Notes: generated from the sequence alone by a model not told the origin. A stretch of 62,408 nucleotides of DNA, filler included, from Circinaria calcarea (GCA_051942165.1; 33 parts of 33 records of this genome joined end to end with filler, not necessarily neighbours in it), one strand, 5' to 3'. Counted from the whole stretch's first letter, positions 37,891 to 50,152 are shown. Numbers and translations are program-made.

Positions 37891-38835
37891 NNNNNNNNNN
37901 NNNNNNNNNNNNNNNNNNNNNNNNNNNNNNNNNNTTAATTAATTAANNNNNNNNNNNNNNNNNNNNNNNNNNNNNNNNNNNNNNNNNNNNCCTATCAGAA
38001 CCCTCCCGGGGGCCTCCATTTTCTACGAAAATCGGCAGGTGGCGATTCCTTATTAATATGCCTATGCCCAAATATCAATACTTGACCCCCCCTCACTAGT
38101 CTACGAACGTAATAGTGAAAGTGCATAGAACTATAAATAAATATTACGATTTAAAAAATATTTTCGGTTTAAGTTAAAATACGGTGCATTCCTCCTTACT
38201 AGCGAGTTGCTATAGGTAACACCCAATAGGGAATAGCGTAGTAGTGGGCGAGTACATATATCGCACACACAGCGTAGCTAGTTAGATAACTTTCAATGCA
38301 ATAGTGGTTCCACCAACAGGTCGTGTAGTAGCACTCACCGTACTATATTTAACTGTTTATAAAATTTTTCGTAAATATTATTCACGGTTTTAAAATACAT
38401 CCGGTTTACAAATAGTTTATAAACCGTTTATATATTTTGAATAAATAATTATTTTTTAAAAAAAATATAAAAAAAAATCTTATTTTTTATTTTTTATTTT
38501 TTATTTTTTTTACTCGACGCCCACCCACGAATTTTTCAGCCGACTACGGGCTTATGGAAATTTATATCTAAACTTTACCACTTACGCCAAATAATTTTTA
38601 ATATAATAAATATATTTTAATTTAATATTTAATCTGTAATTTAATTTATTATAATTAAAATAAAAATTTTCACAAAGGACTTTTTATAACTCCAACGATT
38701 TTCCAAACCGTAATTTATATTTATAGTTATTAAACCGTGAATAAACTAATTTAAAAAATTTACCGTGAAGAAACCGTGAATTAACGGTTTAAATTTTAGG
38801 TTCGTTAAAACTCCGTAAATATATTAAAACCGTTT

Positions 38836-39214
38836 TGTAATGGCGCACCCCGCAGGGTTGTGCCAAGAGGTCTGAGCAGTACGCGGGCTAGGCATACCGT
38901 TGGTACTGGACGTACTGGACGTACTGGACGTACTGGACGTACTGGACGTGGGTTACGTCCACGACGTCCACGACGTCTACTACGTCCACCCCTTTTGGGA
39001 AGGTTCGTGTAACCTCAGAAAGATCTATATAGTCTCAGTCCTTTCCGTAGTATTTGACCTGTGTGGTCAAGACCTTACAAGTGTAACAATATACTTCTAT
39101 TGTCACCTATTACTTGCCAAGTGATTGGTATAGAACCCGCGCGCATATTACAGAGCCCCTGCCTTATACCAGTGACTAGCATTGCCTTTGCCTAAGAAGC
39201 TTAGGGACGTAACA
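38836..39214 (+). mobile_element. Solo LTR, family A, 379 bp, 5-bp TSD CGTTT
   Basis: TGTAAT...GGGACGTAACA; CGTTT at 38831-38835 and 39215-39219. Confidence 0.92.
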
Positions 39215-39408
39215 CGTTTATATAAATAATAGTAAATTAATTTTTCAGTTTATATATCGTAAAATAATAAACCCGTTTTGTCAAGAATAGGGGTTCTACA
39301 CTGCGTGGAGGAACTAGTATTCGGAGCGGTCGAACCATCCACCGAACGCACACATAGCAGAGGTTTTCTGCTATGTAGTTCCATAGTGAAGTCCACACAC
39401 ATAGACTG

Positions 39409-39781
39409 TGTTAAGACACTAGAGGGGGCGTGACCAGAGGAACTCGGGAGGAGCGTACGATGAGGTATGCTCCCGAGGATTCTTGTGTAACGGATGGGAG
39501 CATAGGGAGCATAGGGCTTGGCATGCTCCCGGGGATCCCTGTGTAACATATGGGAGCAGTGGGAGCGGAGGTGCTACCCCTGTCCCAGGGGATCTATATA
39601 ACCACAGTCCTTTCCATAGTATTTGACCGGTGTGGTCAAGACCTTACAAGTGTAGCAATATACTTCTATTGTCACTTATTACTTGCCAAGTGATTGGTAT
39701 AGAACCTTCGTGCATATTACAGAGCCCCTGCCTTATACCAGTGACTAGCATTGCCTTTGCCTAAGAAGCTTAGGGACGTAA
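39409..39781 (+). mobile_element. LTR family A, third copy, cut by the contig end 2 nt before the terminal CA
   Basis: 39592-39781 is near-identical to 39021-39212. The 5' boundary (TGTTAAG) is inferred from length. Confidence 0.8.
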
Positions 39782-40985
39782 NNNNNNNNNNNNNNNNNNN
39801 NNNNNNNNNNNNNNNNNNNNNNNNNTTAATTAATTAANNNNNNNNNNNNNNNNNNNNNNNNNNNNNNNNNNNNNNNNNNNNGAGCAAAGCTCCAAGCAGC
39901 ACTTAGTATATACTGGTTAAAACTACTTGGGTAGGCTTTTGTACTTACATGATCTGGAGTTTGGCTCTTTGACTTCGCAGTAAGTCCGGAACGTTTGTCG
40001 AGATCGGCTGCCTTGCTGGAGCGGGCTGCAGAGGCTGGACTGCAAGATTGAAGGAAACGGTCAGTCAGGACCAAGACTCCCGGGACATAGACGCCTGCCC
40101 TGGCTTTATGTGTTCCCTTAGGCGCCTGCTTGCCTACCTGCTGGCCATTCTAGGATTCGGAGAAGACATTTCTCTGGGCCTTGCCGTCGCCTATGCTGTG
40201 GTGTCCAACTTTTAAAGTCCATCTCCGCGTTAGAGGAGTTATACACGAAAGACGCCATGTCTTTCAGAGGTAAAGACTTGGTTTGTGTCTGTTGTAACTG
40301 TTTAATCTCTTGTCGAAATCAAATTCATAAAATCGCATTTGTTAAAGTAATGGAGTAGGCTCGGGTTTCAAGAATAAGTATCCCAGGCAGGGTGAATTTT
40401 ACAATAGGAAGAACCCCTTAGCCTGTTCTAGCTCCTCGTACTTGCGGGGCATAGTATAGAGAAGCCCTGCTCCGTAGCCGGCTATGGTTGTTTGAGTTGT
40501 CTGTCATAGAAGACTCCAGCTGACTGCTTGGACTTAGTACTGTCCTGTACGATCCCATTGATAAGGCTTCCATCTCCTGCTGGGCCGCTGCCTATTTTGC
40601 TACCTGAGATTTCAGGCTCTACCAGCCTATGTGCCAAAGATGCCTTGGCTACAAAGTTGACAAGCAAGGCCTCCAATAGCGCAGCCGGTGCAGTGCGGCT
40701 TGGCAGTTCACGTTGCAGTATGCACGACCAAGCTTATACTATCGGTGCAGTGCGTACTAATTTATTAGGTATATTGCTATCGGCCCTTCCTCTCCCTATT
40801 TGGTGCTGATGCTCCCTTGGTGCTCCCTCTGTGCTCTCCTCAAGGCTCCTTCTAAAGCGGCTATAATCCCTCCTAAGACAGAAGCGGTAATCGACGACCC
40901 TCAGTTCGGGGTGTAATAAATAAATAAATCAATATATTAAATTAACCTACTATTAACTGTACGCTACGCTCCCCGACAGCGAATG

Positions 40986-41176
40986 TGTAAGGGCTCTACC
41001 CGAGAACCCCTACGAACCCTACGGGGGAACTATACACCGAGGTCACGAGGTGTTAGCTTAGCGAGAAAGGCTTTAGCAATAATTCATACACTTATACGAA
41101 CCAATTGAGCTCATTATCACACAATTCACCGACCTTTATCGTAAGATCATTCTACCATTCGTAAAGGATCCTTACA
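40986..41176 (+). mobile_element. Solo LTR, family B, 191 bp, 5-bp TSD GAATG
   Basis: Terminal inverted repeats TGTAAGG...CCTTACA; GAATG at 40981-40985 and 41177-41181. Confidence 0.88.
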
Positions 41177-43657
41177 GAATGATCTTTTTCTTCCAATTAT
41201 CAACTCCAGCATCTAGCACTAGCAATAAAATATCAAATGCGCTCCAGTTCAAAGCCCCCCCCCTTTGTCTCCGCAACAGTAAAGTAAAGGAGAAGGGCAG
41301 GCTAGGTACCTAATGGACGCCTCGAATTTTGGGGGTGGGGGCAGCAGTCGCATCACCCCAACTAACCCGCCCCAAGCCCCCGGGCTTGGTCCCTAGTTTT
41401 TCTTTCCCAGAGGTTTTCTTTCCCAGATTCAGAAGTGATCTAAATCTACATGAGAGAGGGAGAGAGAGAGAGCGTGTGTGTGTGGGAGACGTTTTTGTTA
41501 TTAACCTGGTTAATCCATTTAACGGGGGAATGGAAATCGTTTCCTAAAAGTAAATCCTTTCTCAAAAGATGAATGTAGGATAGAAAAAAGGTTTATACAC
41601 CTGGTGTTCTGAAGATTATTTTTCCCGTTCCCCTTCTCCTTCCCGTTCCCCACTTTCATCCCCCTCTCCNNNNNNNNNNNNNNNNNNNNNNNNNNNNNNN
41701 NNNNNNNNNNNNNTTAATTAATTAANNNNNNNNNNNNNNNNNNNNNNNNNNNNNNNNNNNNNNNNNNNNACTAGTAGACCTAGTATGGCCAATACGAAGA
41801 CACGGTTTCTGCTAGCTTGCCCTCCGCGCTTTACAGTATTAGGCTTAGCCTATCGGTGCCGTGCTTCCGAGCATAACAAATCTCTAACAAAATATTGCGA
41901 AAAGCCCCAAGTATCTCGTGGGCTAAATTGTGCGGATTTCTGATATGTATGTTGCATGAGCCAATCAAAGTGTTTGACGCGGCTGAGATTTAGGCCGGCT
42001 TACGCCTAAATCCGGCAGCGATAAAACCGGGTATGCATCTATCCACAAGCTAAGGCGTCTATTACATGACATATCGGATCCCGGGCGACGTGTATGACAA
42101 GTCTCGTGCCCTGCCCTTCACTTTGGCGTTTCAAAGCGGTCATGGGCTGCCTGCTACAGCAAACCAAACAATTGGGGGGTTTTGGTGGTTTTTTGTTAGG
42201 TTAGTCTAATGTAATTTAGGCTCGGAATAACAGAGATCCGAGAGCTAAGCCTAAATAATCAATATTAAAACTCTAAATTTATTATATTGTAGAATTTCAT
42301 GCTATTTCCCCCTCATAATTTAATAAATATACCACGCCCTTCCGTGCTTTCAAGATGCCCTTACCCTGATGCAAAATACTCTTATTAACGTGAATGGTAG
42401 ATACCAACAAGCATATCGACGTCGTCCTTAGTAAGATTGGTACGCTGGCCAGACTGGGAGAGTGAAGGCGCTGTTATAGAGGCAAAAAGGCGGCGTGTAC
42501 CGGGACCTGTTGCTGTTGAGAGGGGGTGGAAATCACGGGGTGTTTGTCGGGTGGAAGCTGGCTGCTGGGGGGGCGCTGCTGCTTACTTGATGACTTGACG
42601 TTGAATCTTGGTGGCAAATATGATTTCATACGATGATCAATTGCCTATTAAGCCAACATAGCGTTACATAATTCCGTTGTAGGTCCACATCGGAGCTATG
42701 TTCTACTAGTAGGGATTAAATTTTAGTAATGGATTCTATTGGCTTCCATAACATACATTCTTCTTACACAGAAAATCAAAACCCCCCAAATGACAAACAC
42801 AGATGCATATGGAAATGGATCCCAGTATATGTCGGCTTCGGAAATTGTCAAGTCGAAACTCTATGCCGTTTGCCTTCAACGCATTAGTGATCGCCTCGTT
42901 GGTAGCACCATCCACTCTCATAGAATGTTCCTGTTTTACAATCCCTGGCTTTCAATAGTCCCCCGAGCTTTTCTTTACATCCCGGGAGGGATACACCAAG
43001 AAGTAACGAAAAAGACCATGCACTATCGTCATTCCATATAACCTACAGAGAATAGATGGAGTGCTTGCTTTGTCCAATGGCGATAGTCCAATGGCGATAG
43101 ACCAATCGAAATGATTTTCCACGAAACTTTTCCGCCTGCGTTCGCTTTAGGCCTCAAGATGAAGGCTGTCATACTTTGGACTCGATGGCAAGCTGCATAA
43201 TAAATGATGTGGATGCAGATCCATGTGAATGGAAGGACCCGTGCCCACAGATGACCCATGCCCACCATCAGCCATAGGATTGTTCCATAATCTCACCACT
43301 CGGATGGTCTTCTTCACCCGACAACGATGCCTGCCATGATCCTTCCGTATCTCATTTACGCGATCCTTGCCTTTGGTACTGGTGAACCCTGTTTTCGTAC
43401 CCTGGCCTCCTCTCCACTGGTACGTGTCTTAGAATACCCAAGCTGTCCTTCTGATCTGCATTTATACCGCAGTAATCAAAACTAACCAAGAAGAGACAGG
43501 CCCGCTCTACTCTAACCCCGTCGACTTCCCGTCTCTCCGCCTCCCCCAACCTTCCCCNNNNNNNNNNNNNNNNNNNNNNNNNNNNNNNNNNNNNNNNNNN
43601 NTTAATTAATTAANNNNNNNNNNNNNNNNNNNNNNNNNNNNNNNNNNNNNNNNNNNN

Positions 43658-44002
43658 ATAGTAGGCCGGCGTAACTGTACAGAACACCCTCGCCTCCTCG
43701 TCACTGACATTCTCAAAGGTATGGGGCGCGTGCAGGGGGACAATGATGTAATCTCCCACCTTGAGGTCGTGGAAGGCGTCGCCGCTATTGAACCGCATCG
43801 TACCCTTGGTCACAAGGAAGGTTTCGTCGTGCAGGACATGCTCATGTTCGGGGGGCCCTTTGCTTTTTGGTGGGACGATGACTGCGATGCTGCCGAAACG
43901 GTTGGATGTGTTGGAACCATCTTCGAGGATCTCAATGCTGAGCGGACCAAGGCGGAGGGTTTCGACTGGGTGTCCTGACTTGATGACGGCGAGACTGGCC
44001 AT
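43658..44002 (-). CDS. Cupin domain protein, 3' truncated
   Basis: GPPEHEHVLHDETFLVTKG and GDYIIVPLHAPHTFEN cupin motifs. Confidence 0.88.
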
Positions 44003-44644
44003 GGTAGTGGTTATGTGAGCACGGATAGGAAGAAGGTTAGATTTGAAAGTGGGTAGGAAACTTGAGATAAGATAGATACTCGAGGAAGTGAATGTCCAAG
44101 TTGCAAAGAACCCCGACTGGTTTTTATACCGGGACGATGACAATATGGGGGTTATCACACTTCGGCCGTAAGACGTGACGAAAGGCCGAAAGAGGGGATA
44201 AAGAGCCCGAAGAAGCGTAAACCATGTTTAGATGATATTTTATGTACTGCTTACCTTATGCTTATGGAAGCTGGCTTGTTTGAAGAGTAAGTGGCGATTG
44301 TGTTAAGGACCACGACTACTTATGCATCTGTCCATTGCTTAAATCCAGAGCATGCCGTTGCCGAGTGTTAAGCATATTACAAGTGGCCGCTAGGGTGTGA
44401 CAAAAGGATCCAAACCGATCCCAGATTGGTCGTCGATCCTCAGCTTTTGGTCAAAAAACTGGTTGCACTAGCCGATCCTCGGAAATCGACTGTGGAAAGA
44501 AAGTTAGCGTGCCAATTACATCTTTCTAAGCTCTCACAAGCATCTCATCTCGACTTTTTCCATCAGCTCGCACCACTTCACCCATCATCCACAGCAGCGC
44601 CTCACTCTAAACTCGTCAATTGTGATATTCTGGAAATTTCAAAC

Positions 44645-45445
44645 ATGTTAGCCTCAAGACAACTGTTCGGCGCTTGCCAACGAAGAGCTTTCTCGGTTTC
44701 AGCACGACAAGTACGAACCCAAAGGACTTTCCTACCATTCCTAGCAGATGGGTGGGAAGGAATACTATCGAGACTGATGCTTACTACTATCTACAGGCAT
44801 CAAAGGTCACAGTCTTAGGTGCTGCTGGGGGAATTGGTCAACCACTGTCTCTGTTGATGAAGCTAAACCCTCGGGTCACAGAGCTCGCATTGTATGATAT
44901 TCGAGGAGGTCCAGGTTGGTTTCCCTCTCAAAGAATATGTTGTCGGGCTCCCTGACCCGTGGATGTGTAGGCGTTGCGGCCGATATAAGTCATATCAATA
45001 CCAAGAGTACCGTCAAGGGTTACAATCCGGGGGAATACAGCCTCAAGGAAGCTTTGACCGGAGCAGAGATCGTCTTGATCCCCGCTGGTGTACCCAGAAA
45101 ACCAGGAATGACTCGGGATGGTAAAACTCTTCAGGCAAAAGTTTTGGAAATGGCGTTCCATTGATGGTACGACAGATCTATTTAACACCAACGCTTCAAT
45201 TGTGAGAGATTTGGCCAAGGCCGCAGCAGACTCCGCACCAGATGCCAATATCCTCATTATTGCTAATCCCGTAAGTACTGGAGCTCTTGTACAGAGTTCC
45301 ACTCACTGAGATAATTGAAAGGTGAACTCGACGGTCCCCATCACCGCTGAGGTTTTCAAGTCCAAGGGTGTTTACAACCCAAAGCGTCTTTTCGGTGTTA
45401 CGACCCTTGATGTCGTCCGTGCTTCCCGGTTCCTTTCAGAGATCA
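44645..45445 (+). CDS. MDH1: Mitochondrial malate dehydrogenase, 3' truncated, four introns
   Basis: Presequence [44 protein letters not shown] and NPVNSTVP. Confidence 0.97.
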
Positions 45446-46162
45446 NNNNNNNNNNNNNNNNNNNNNNNNNNNNNNNNNNNNNNNNNNNNTTAATTAATTA
45501 ANNNNNNNNNNNNNNNNNNNNNNNNNNNNNNNNNNNNNNNNNNNNGGGGAGGGGGAAGATCCTGTTACGAGCACAGGTTGCAATGCAGTGCCAAAAAAAG
45601 CGTTGCGTATCTTTTGTTTCGTGATTTTTTTCTATATTCTTTTTTGTGGGGGGAGGAGTTTGTATTGTATTCGGGTTGGAAACGGATATCTTGACTTTCT
45701 TTGGATGGATTTTTGTTTGTTTTTTTGTTTTTTTTGGTTGAGGGAGTTGGGGGAGTTGGGGGGGAGACGGTACTTTTGTGGTTACGTCGTCTGAATGGTT
45801 GTGGAAATGGGCCGGCCGGTATAGAGAGAGGTGGCTTTCCGTACCGATGCGCCAGCGTGGGTGGCATATAGGCTGCATCCTTGGTTCCTGTGCGCTTTTG
45901 GAATTGGGAGGTACCCGTCGTGCCCGTGTGGAATTGGAAGCTTGAGAAACCTTGAGGCAATGTGTGGGCTATCTCCATCTGCAGAGTCCCCCGGGGAAAG
46001 ATGGGGGTTTTCTCTATGCAGTTTCTGTTCTCACCACCGCCAGATTCATCTCCTCCTCATTCCCCCCCTTCACTCCTCGCTCCCATTGTTCTCACTTTAT
46101 TCGTAAACCACTCCTTCCCAAATCACCATCCCCACTCTTCACACGCGCAACCGGCACGCGTC

Positions 46163-46677
46163 TCACCCCTTGAACTTTCTCAGACTTCCCTTATCCAAAA
46201 ATCAGCAAAATCTCTTATCCGCAGAACTGTATTCCGGGCATACCTCCGTCACCTTCCTAATCGACCTCGCCGTAATGCCCTTTTCCCCGCTTTTCTTGGC
46301 GTGAATGGAGGCTTCGCGGAGTAAACTGCAGTAGGTATCTTCATTAGACCTCTGGTTTGACGACAACATGGATAGGTATGTACAGGCGGAATACGCCGCC
46401 CGAGGGGAGGGGGGGGAGGAGGGTACGCGGGCCCTTACTCTTGTAAAAACAGCATATAATCCAGAAAAACCTAATTGCCACCACGAGAAAGAAAGTTAGC
46501 ACCCTTCTTCACCGTCACTTCCAGCGCCCCTTTCCCTCCTCGCGACTCTAATCCCATGGGCAGCCAGAAGGATTGACATACCAGGATGTCCACGTTCTTG
46601 CTCATATTCTTGCCCGAATGCGCTTTAATGATGCGCTTGAGGGTGGAGCGGGGGTAGAGTTTCTTTGCCGCGGCCAT
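46163..46677 (-). CDS. CENP-W/Wip1-like histone-fold kinetochore protein, complete, four exons
   Basis: Spliced translation MAAAKKLYPRSTLKRIIKAHS...VFLDYMLFLQDLLREASIHAKKSGEKGITARSIRKVTEGSLRKFKG*. Confidence 0.85.
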
Positions 46678-47130
46678 TATTTTGGGGAGTGATTAAGAGT
46701 TAACGGGTAGATTATGGCTGGGGTGAGATGAGGGTTGAAGATGCTGGTGGTGGTGGTGATGAGTGGGTGGATATTAGAGTGTGGTCATGCTCGGGGGGTT
46801 TGTTTACAACTGATGTGTCGCGGATGAGCAATGATTGTCCATGATAGGTTACTTAGCCGAGGGACCGTAGTCTAGCGCGTACTCCGTAGGGCTGTGGGCA
46901 AGTTTCTGACTACAGGTGCTTGCAATTCGAACGGTCTTCCATTGCCATTGCACCTGATATCCTGTCCGATAGATTCTGCTATTAATTCACAAGGTAGGTG
47001 CCGTGGACAAAAAGCAGCTGCGCATGGCCGCTCAAATATCTCCCAATTGCTATTAGATGGTTCTCTCGTCGGGAAGAATATGATGAATTCTACTATATCT
47101 AACTAGAAGCTAAGCTCCTCAAGAATCACT

Positions 47131-47332
47131 TCATCTTCGATCATTCTCTGCGAAAATGGGTTTCCAGAAGGCCCTGACATGCTTTTGCAAACCCGCTTCC
47201 GCAATCTCCTTGACTTCTTTGGGCGTCATCTTGAATGAAGTTGCCCTGAGGTAATCCGTCAACCGCTCTTCCTTGCTACTTGTGGTGACGGCAACCACTC
47301 CTTGGTCGATACACCATCTGAGAAGAATCTCC
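47131..47332 (-). CDS. Aldo-keto reductase C-terminus
   Basis: [23 protein letters not shown]...[11 protein letters not shown]. Confidence 0.8.
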
Positions 47333-47432
47333 NNNNNNNNNNNNNNNNNNNNNNNNNNNNNNNNNNNNNNNNNNNNTTAATTAATTAANNNNNNNNNNNN
47401 NNNNNNNNNNNNNNNNNNNNNNNNNNNNNNNN

Positions 47433-48440
47433 ACAACCCAATGTACGGATTGTTGATCTGTTCCAGCTCACGAAGCAGGCTTTGACGCGTCCTATCGAAT
47501 GCCCGGCAGCAGTGTTGAGCTGCTATTGCTGGATCCAGAAAGTAGAACTGAGCAAATGAAGGCACCTGACCGACAGGGTGAAAACGTCCGGTATAGCGTA
47601 TAAGCTTACCCTTAATAGTGAAAGACTTATACCCAGCACCAACTCGGTCATCTTCGGCGTATTTGCATGAGGTAAAGGCCATGGCAGAATTGTAGGCACG
47701 AATATGATCACGGAAATGCTGAGCTTCTTCAGATAGTTTGGTGTATAGCGAGCGTAGCCTGACTGGCGGTTCGGGCATCAAATCAGGCTTGGCCTCACCA
47801 CCTGCACAGCAAAGAGTGTATTTCTCGTCTGGACCCTTGCTCTTAGTTTCCTCTGCATACCAGTGCTTCGCCTGACAATTTCTGCAGCTGATATCCATCC
47901 TACCAAGATCTTGCACAAGGGGGGGGGGGAGTTCTGAATAAGCCCAGCTTCAGCGCGTGTAGGAGGTCTACCTCTTAAAGGTCCTGCTGTTCGATGTCTT
48001 CCTCGCGTAGTTCGCCCATTCAAAAGCTTGTCTGCAGCCTCTTGTAGTCCCTCTTGACATGCTTCTTCTGCAAGAGCTCGACGCGCCGCAGCTGCCTGAT
48101 GCCGTCGTTCTTCCTGCTCTTGCTGCTCCAGGTGCTCCTGTTGGCCTTTTGGCTCCCGTAGCTCCTCTCGCCGACGCCGTCGATCCTGCCGTTGCTGTTC
48201 AGGAGTAGGGGGCGTATGGTAGGCGAGTGGTGAGCGGCGTGAGGCTGATGGTGGCCTTCGAGGAGGAGCCTGAACTTCAATACGCTGCCGACGGCGTTCC
48301 GGAGAGTGTTCAACGTCCTCACGAATAGTACTCGGGCCATTGACTGCTGGACTGTGTCTCCTGGCTCGTTTAGCGGGCCTCGGGTGCAGGTTTTGGACGT
48401 TGGGATCTCGTTCTTCTAAAGGGCGACGTGTTGCTCGTGC
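47433..48440 (-). mobile_element. Helitron Rep/helicase N-terminal region, frameshifted at a G11 run, truncated
   Basis: LGRMDISCRNCQAKHW...CCAGG, FRDHIRAYNSAMAFTS and PSFAQFYFLDP are typical of the Helitron RepHel N-terminus. Confidence 0.88.
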
Positions 48441-48675
48441 TACAGCATATAAACAGTTAGAGAAGCTAATATCAAACTCTTTCAGATAAAAATACTTTGG
48501 CCTTGATATCCTGAAGCCCGCATGGAAGACAGATGCTATAAGGCTTGCTTCTCCCAACGCGAACGAAAAGTTCTTCTGGCTTAGAGCGACGACAGACCGA
48601 GGCGTCCATAGTCTTGAATAAAATAAATAACTTTCAGTGTTTCTTCAATAGCTAGAAAAAGCTGGTAATGAAAAT

Positions 48676-49053
48676 CAGTGTTCTCGATACCCCACCCCAC
48701 TTACCCCGGGGTGGGTGTTACCCTACCCTACCCCGGGCTTAAAAATAGGGTACCCCAAAGGCTGTTTGCCTCGCTTAGCTCGCTTAAAGAATTTTCTTAC
48801 AGCGGAACCCGGATTAATAGACTCCGATGAGGCTCCAATCGGAGATGGAGCGGCCCGAAGAAGCCGATCCGGAGCCGAGCTCGCTTATAAGCTTGCCACC
48901 ACTCAGCCTTACCGGTATTTATTTATCCGAGATCCGTAATATAGCAGCCCTATAAAGTCCGTGACGCACCCCGGGGTATCCGGGTTCACCCCAGAGGCTT
49001 GCTTGGGGTAACCCCCCCACCCAGAGGCCTGGGGTGGGGTATTGAGAACACTG
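48676..49053. mobile_element. Non-autonomous hAT-type element (MITE), 378 bp, 23-bp TIRs, 8-bp TSD ATGAAAAT
   Basis: CAGTGTTCTCGATACCCCACCCC ... GGGGTGGGGTATTGAGAACACTG (1 mismatch); TSD at 48668-48675 and 49054-49061. Confidence 0.93.
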
Positions 49054-49319
49054 ATGAAAATTAAAGCTATTAAGAAAGAAAAAAAAATATCCCGGAATAT
49101 CGAGAATTTCACGAAGCCGGAAGGTAATCACGTGACTGGGACTTTCTCTTGGCGGCAAAAGAGGACACAAAACTACCCCGTACTCAATCGTAGCTCACCC
49201 GGGTGTGGCTGCTTTAGCGNNNNNNNNNNNNNNNNNNNNNNNNNNNNNNNNNNNNNNNNNNNNTTAATTAATTAANNNNNNNNNNNNNNNNNNNNNNNNN
49301 NNNNNNNNNNNNNNNNNNN

Positions 49320-50152
49320 CAATCCAATTTTCTCACTCAGAGCCTTTGACTCATTGACTTTGGGGAACGGGATATCCTCCCCCGGTACGGGTCTATCCAG
49401 AAATCCACACAACGGCTCCCATCCATCCTTGAGGTTGAACTTCAACAGTCTCTCCCCCGGCGTGACCTTTTCCACCAACTCGTAGTGTTCTCGGTATTTC
49501 CGCCGAGCTTTCTCTTGCATTTCTTTCATGCTACTCGCGCCAAACATACCCCTTGTCCATCTTTCAGCTGGACCATTCAAGGCTCCCACGAAGCCCGGGT
49601 CGAACCTGGCAATGATGTGAAAAAGGGGGCTCCAGACGTTCTTGATGATCCCTTCGTTGAAGCTCTTGTACCACTTCTCCATGTCCCTTTCCACCAGCAC
49701 GACCCGGGCCTCCGGATAGGCAGTGATGAGTTCTTCTGCGAACGCTATCGCAGGCAGATCCGCCACCGCACTGTACCTGCCCAGAAGCTGATCCCAATCT
49801 TCGCGCACGAAAGGTTTGCCCTTGCCGAAGTACTTGGCATCCAGCGCTTCGTTCCACATTTCGCAGTCACGGATACTGGCGAAGAGGGAGAGACCGTGGT
49901 AGCATGGGAAGCCGAGGAGGTTGAGGGCGAGCTGCATTGCTACAATTTCCCGTGGCGAATGAAATTAGCTAGTTTGAAGCTCAATCAGACATCTAGTTTC
50001 TAAGTAGAGGACGTACAGGCCGTTCCTGTTCGGGGCATTCCTAGACTGAGCACTTTCATGGGTACCACGCGTTTACATTTGCGGCGGTCAATGTGCAAAT
50101 CGGGGAAGAAGAGCTCCGGGTGCTTTTCTTGCATGGTGGGAGCTCGAGACAT
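49320..50152 (-). CDS. P-loop sulfotransferase-like protein (Sulfotransfer_4 type), 3' truncated, one intron
   Basis: VLSLGMPRTGT, CYHG, AYPEARVVL...WYKSF, DGWEPLCGFL and PFPKVN. Confidence 0.88.

Noticed and set aside
38900..39124. ORF with VLD repeats
   Set aside because: Translation of the 9-mer repeat inside a solo LTR.
41987..42012. GATTTAGGC/GCCTAAATC hairpin as a Helitron 3' end
   Set aside because: No CTRR terminus at the expected distance; an isolated 9-bp stem.
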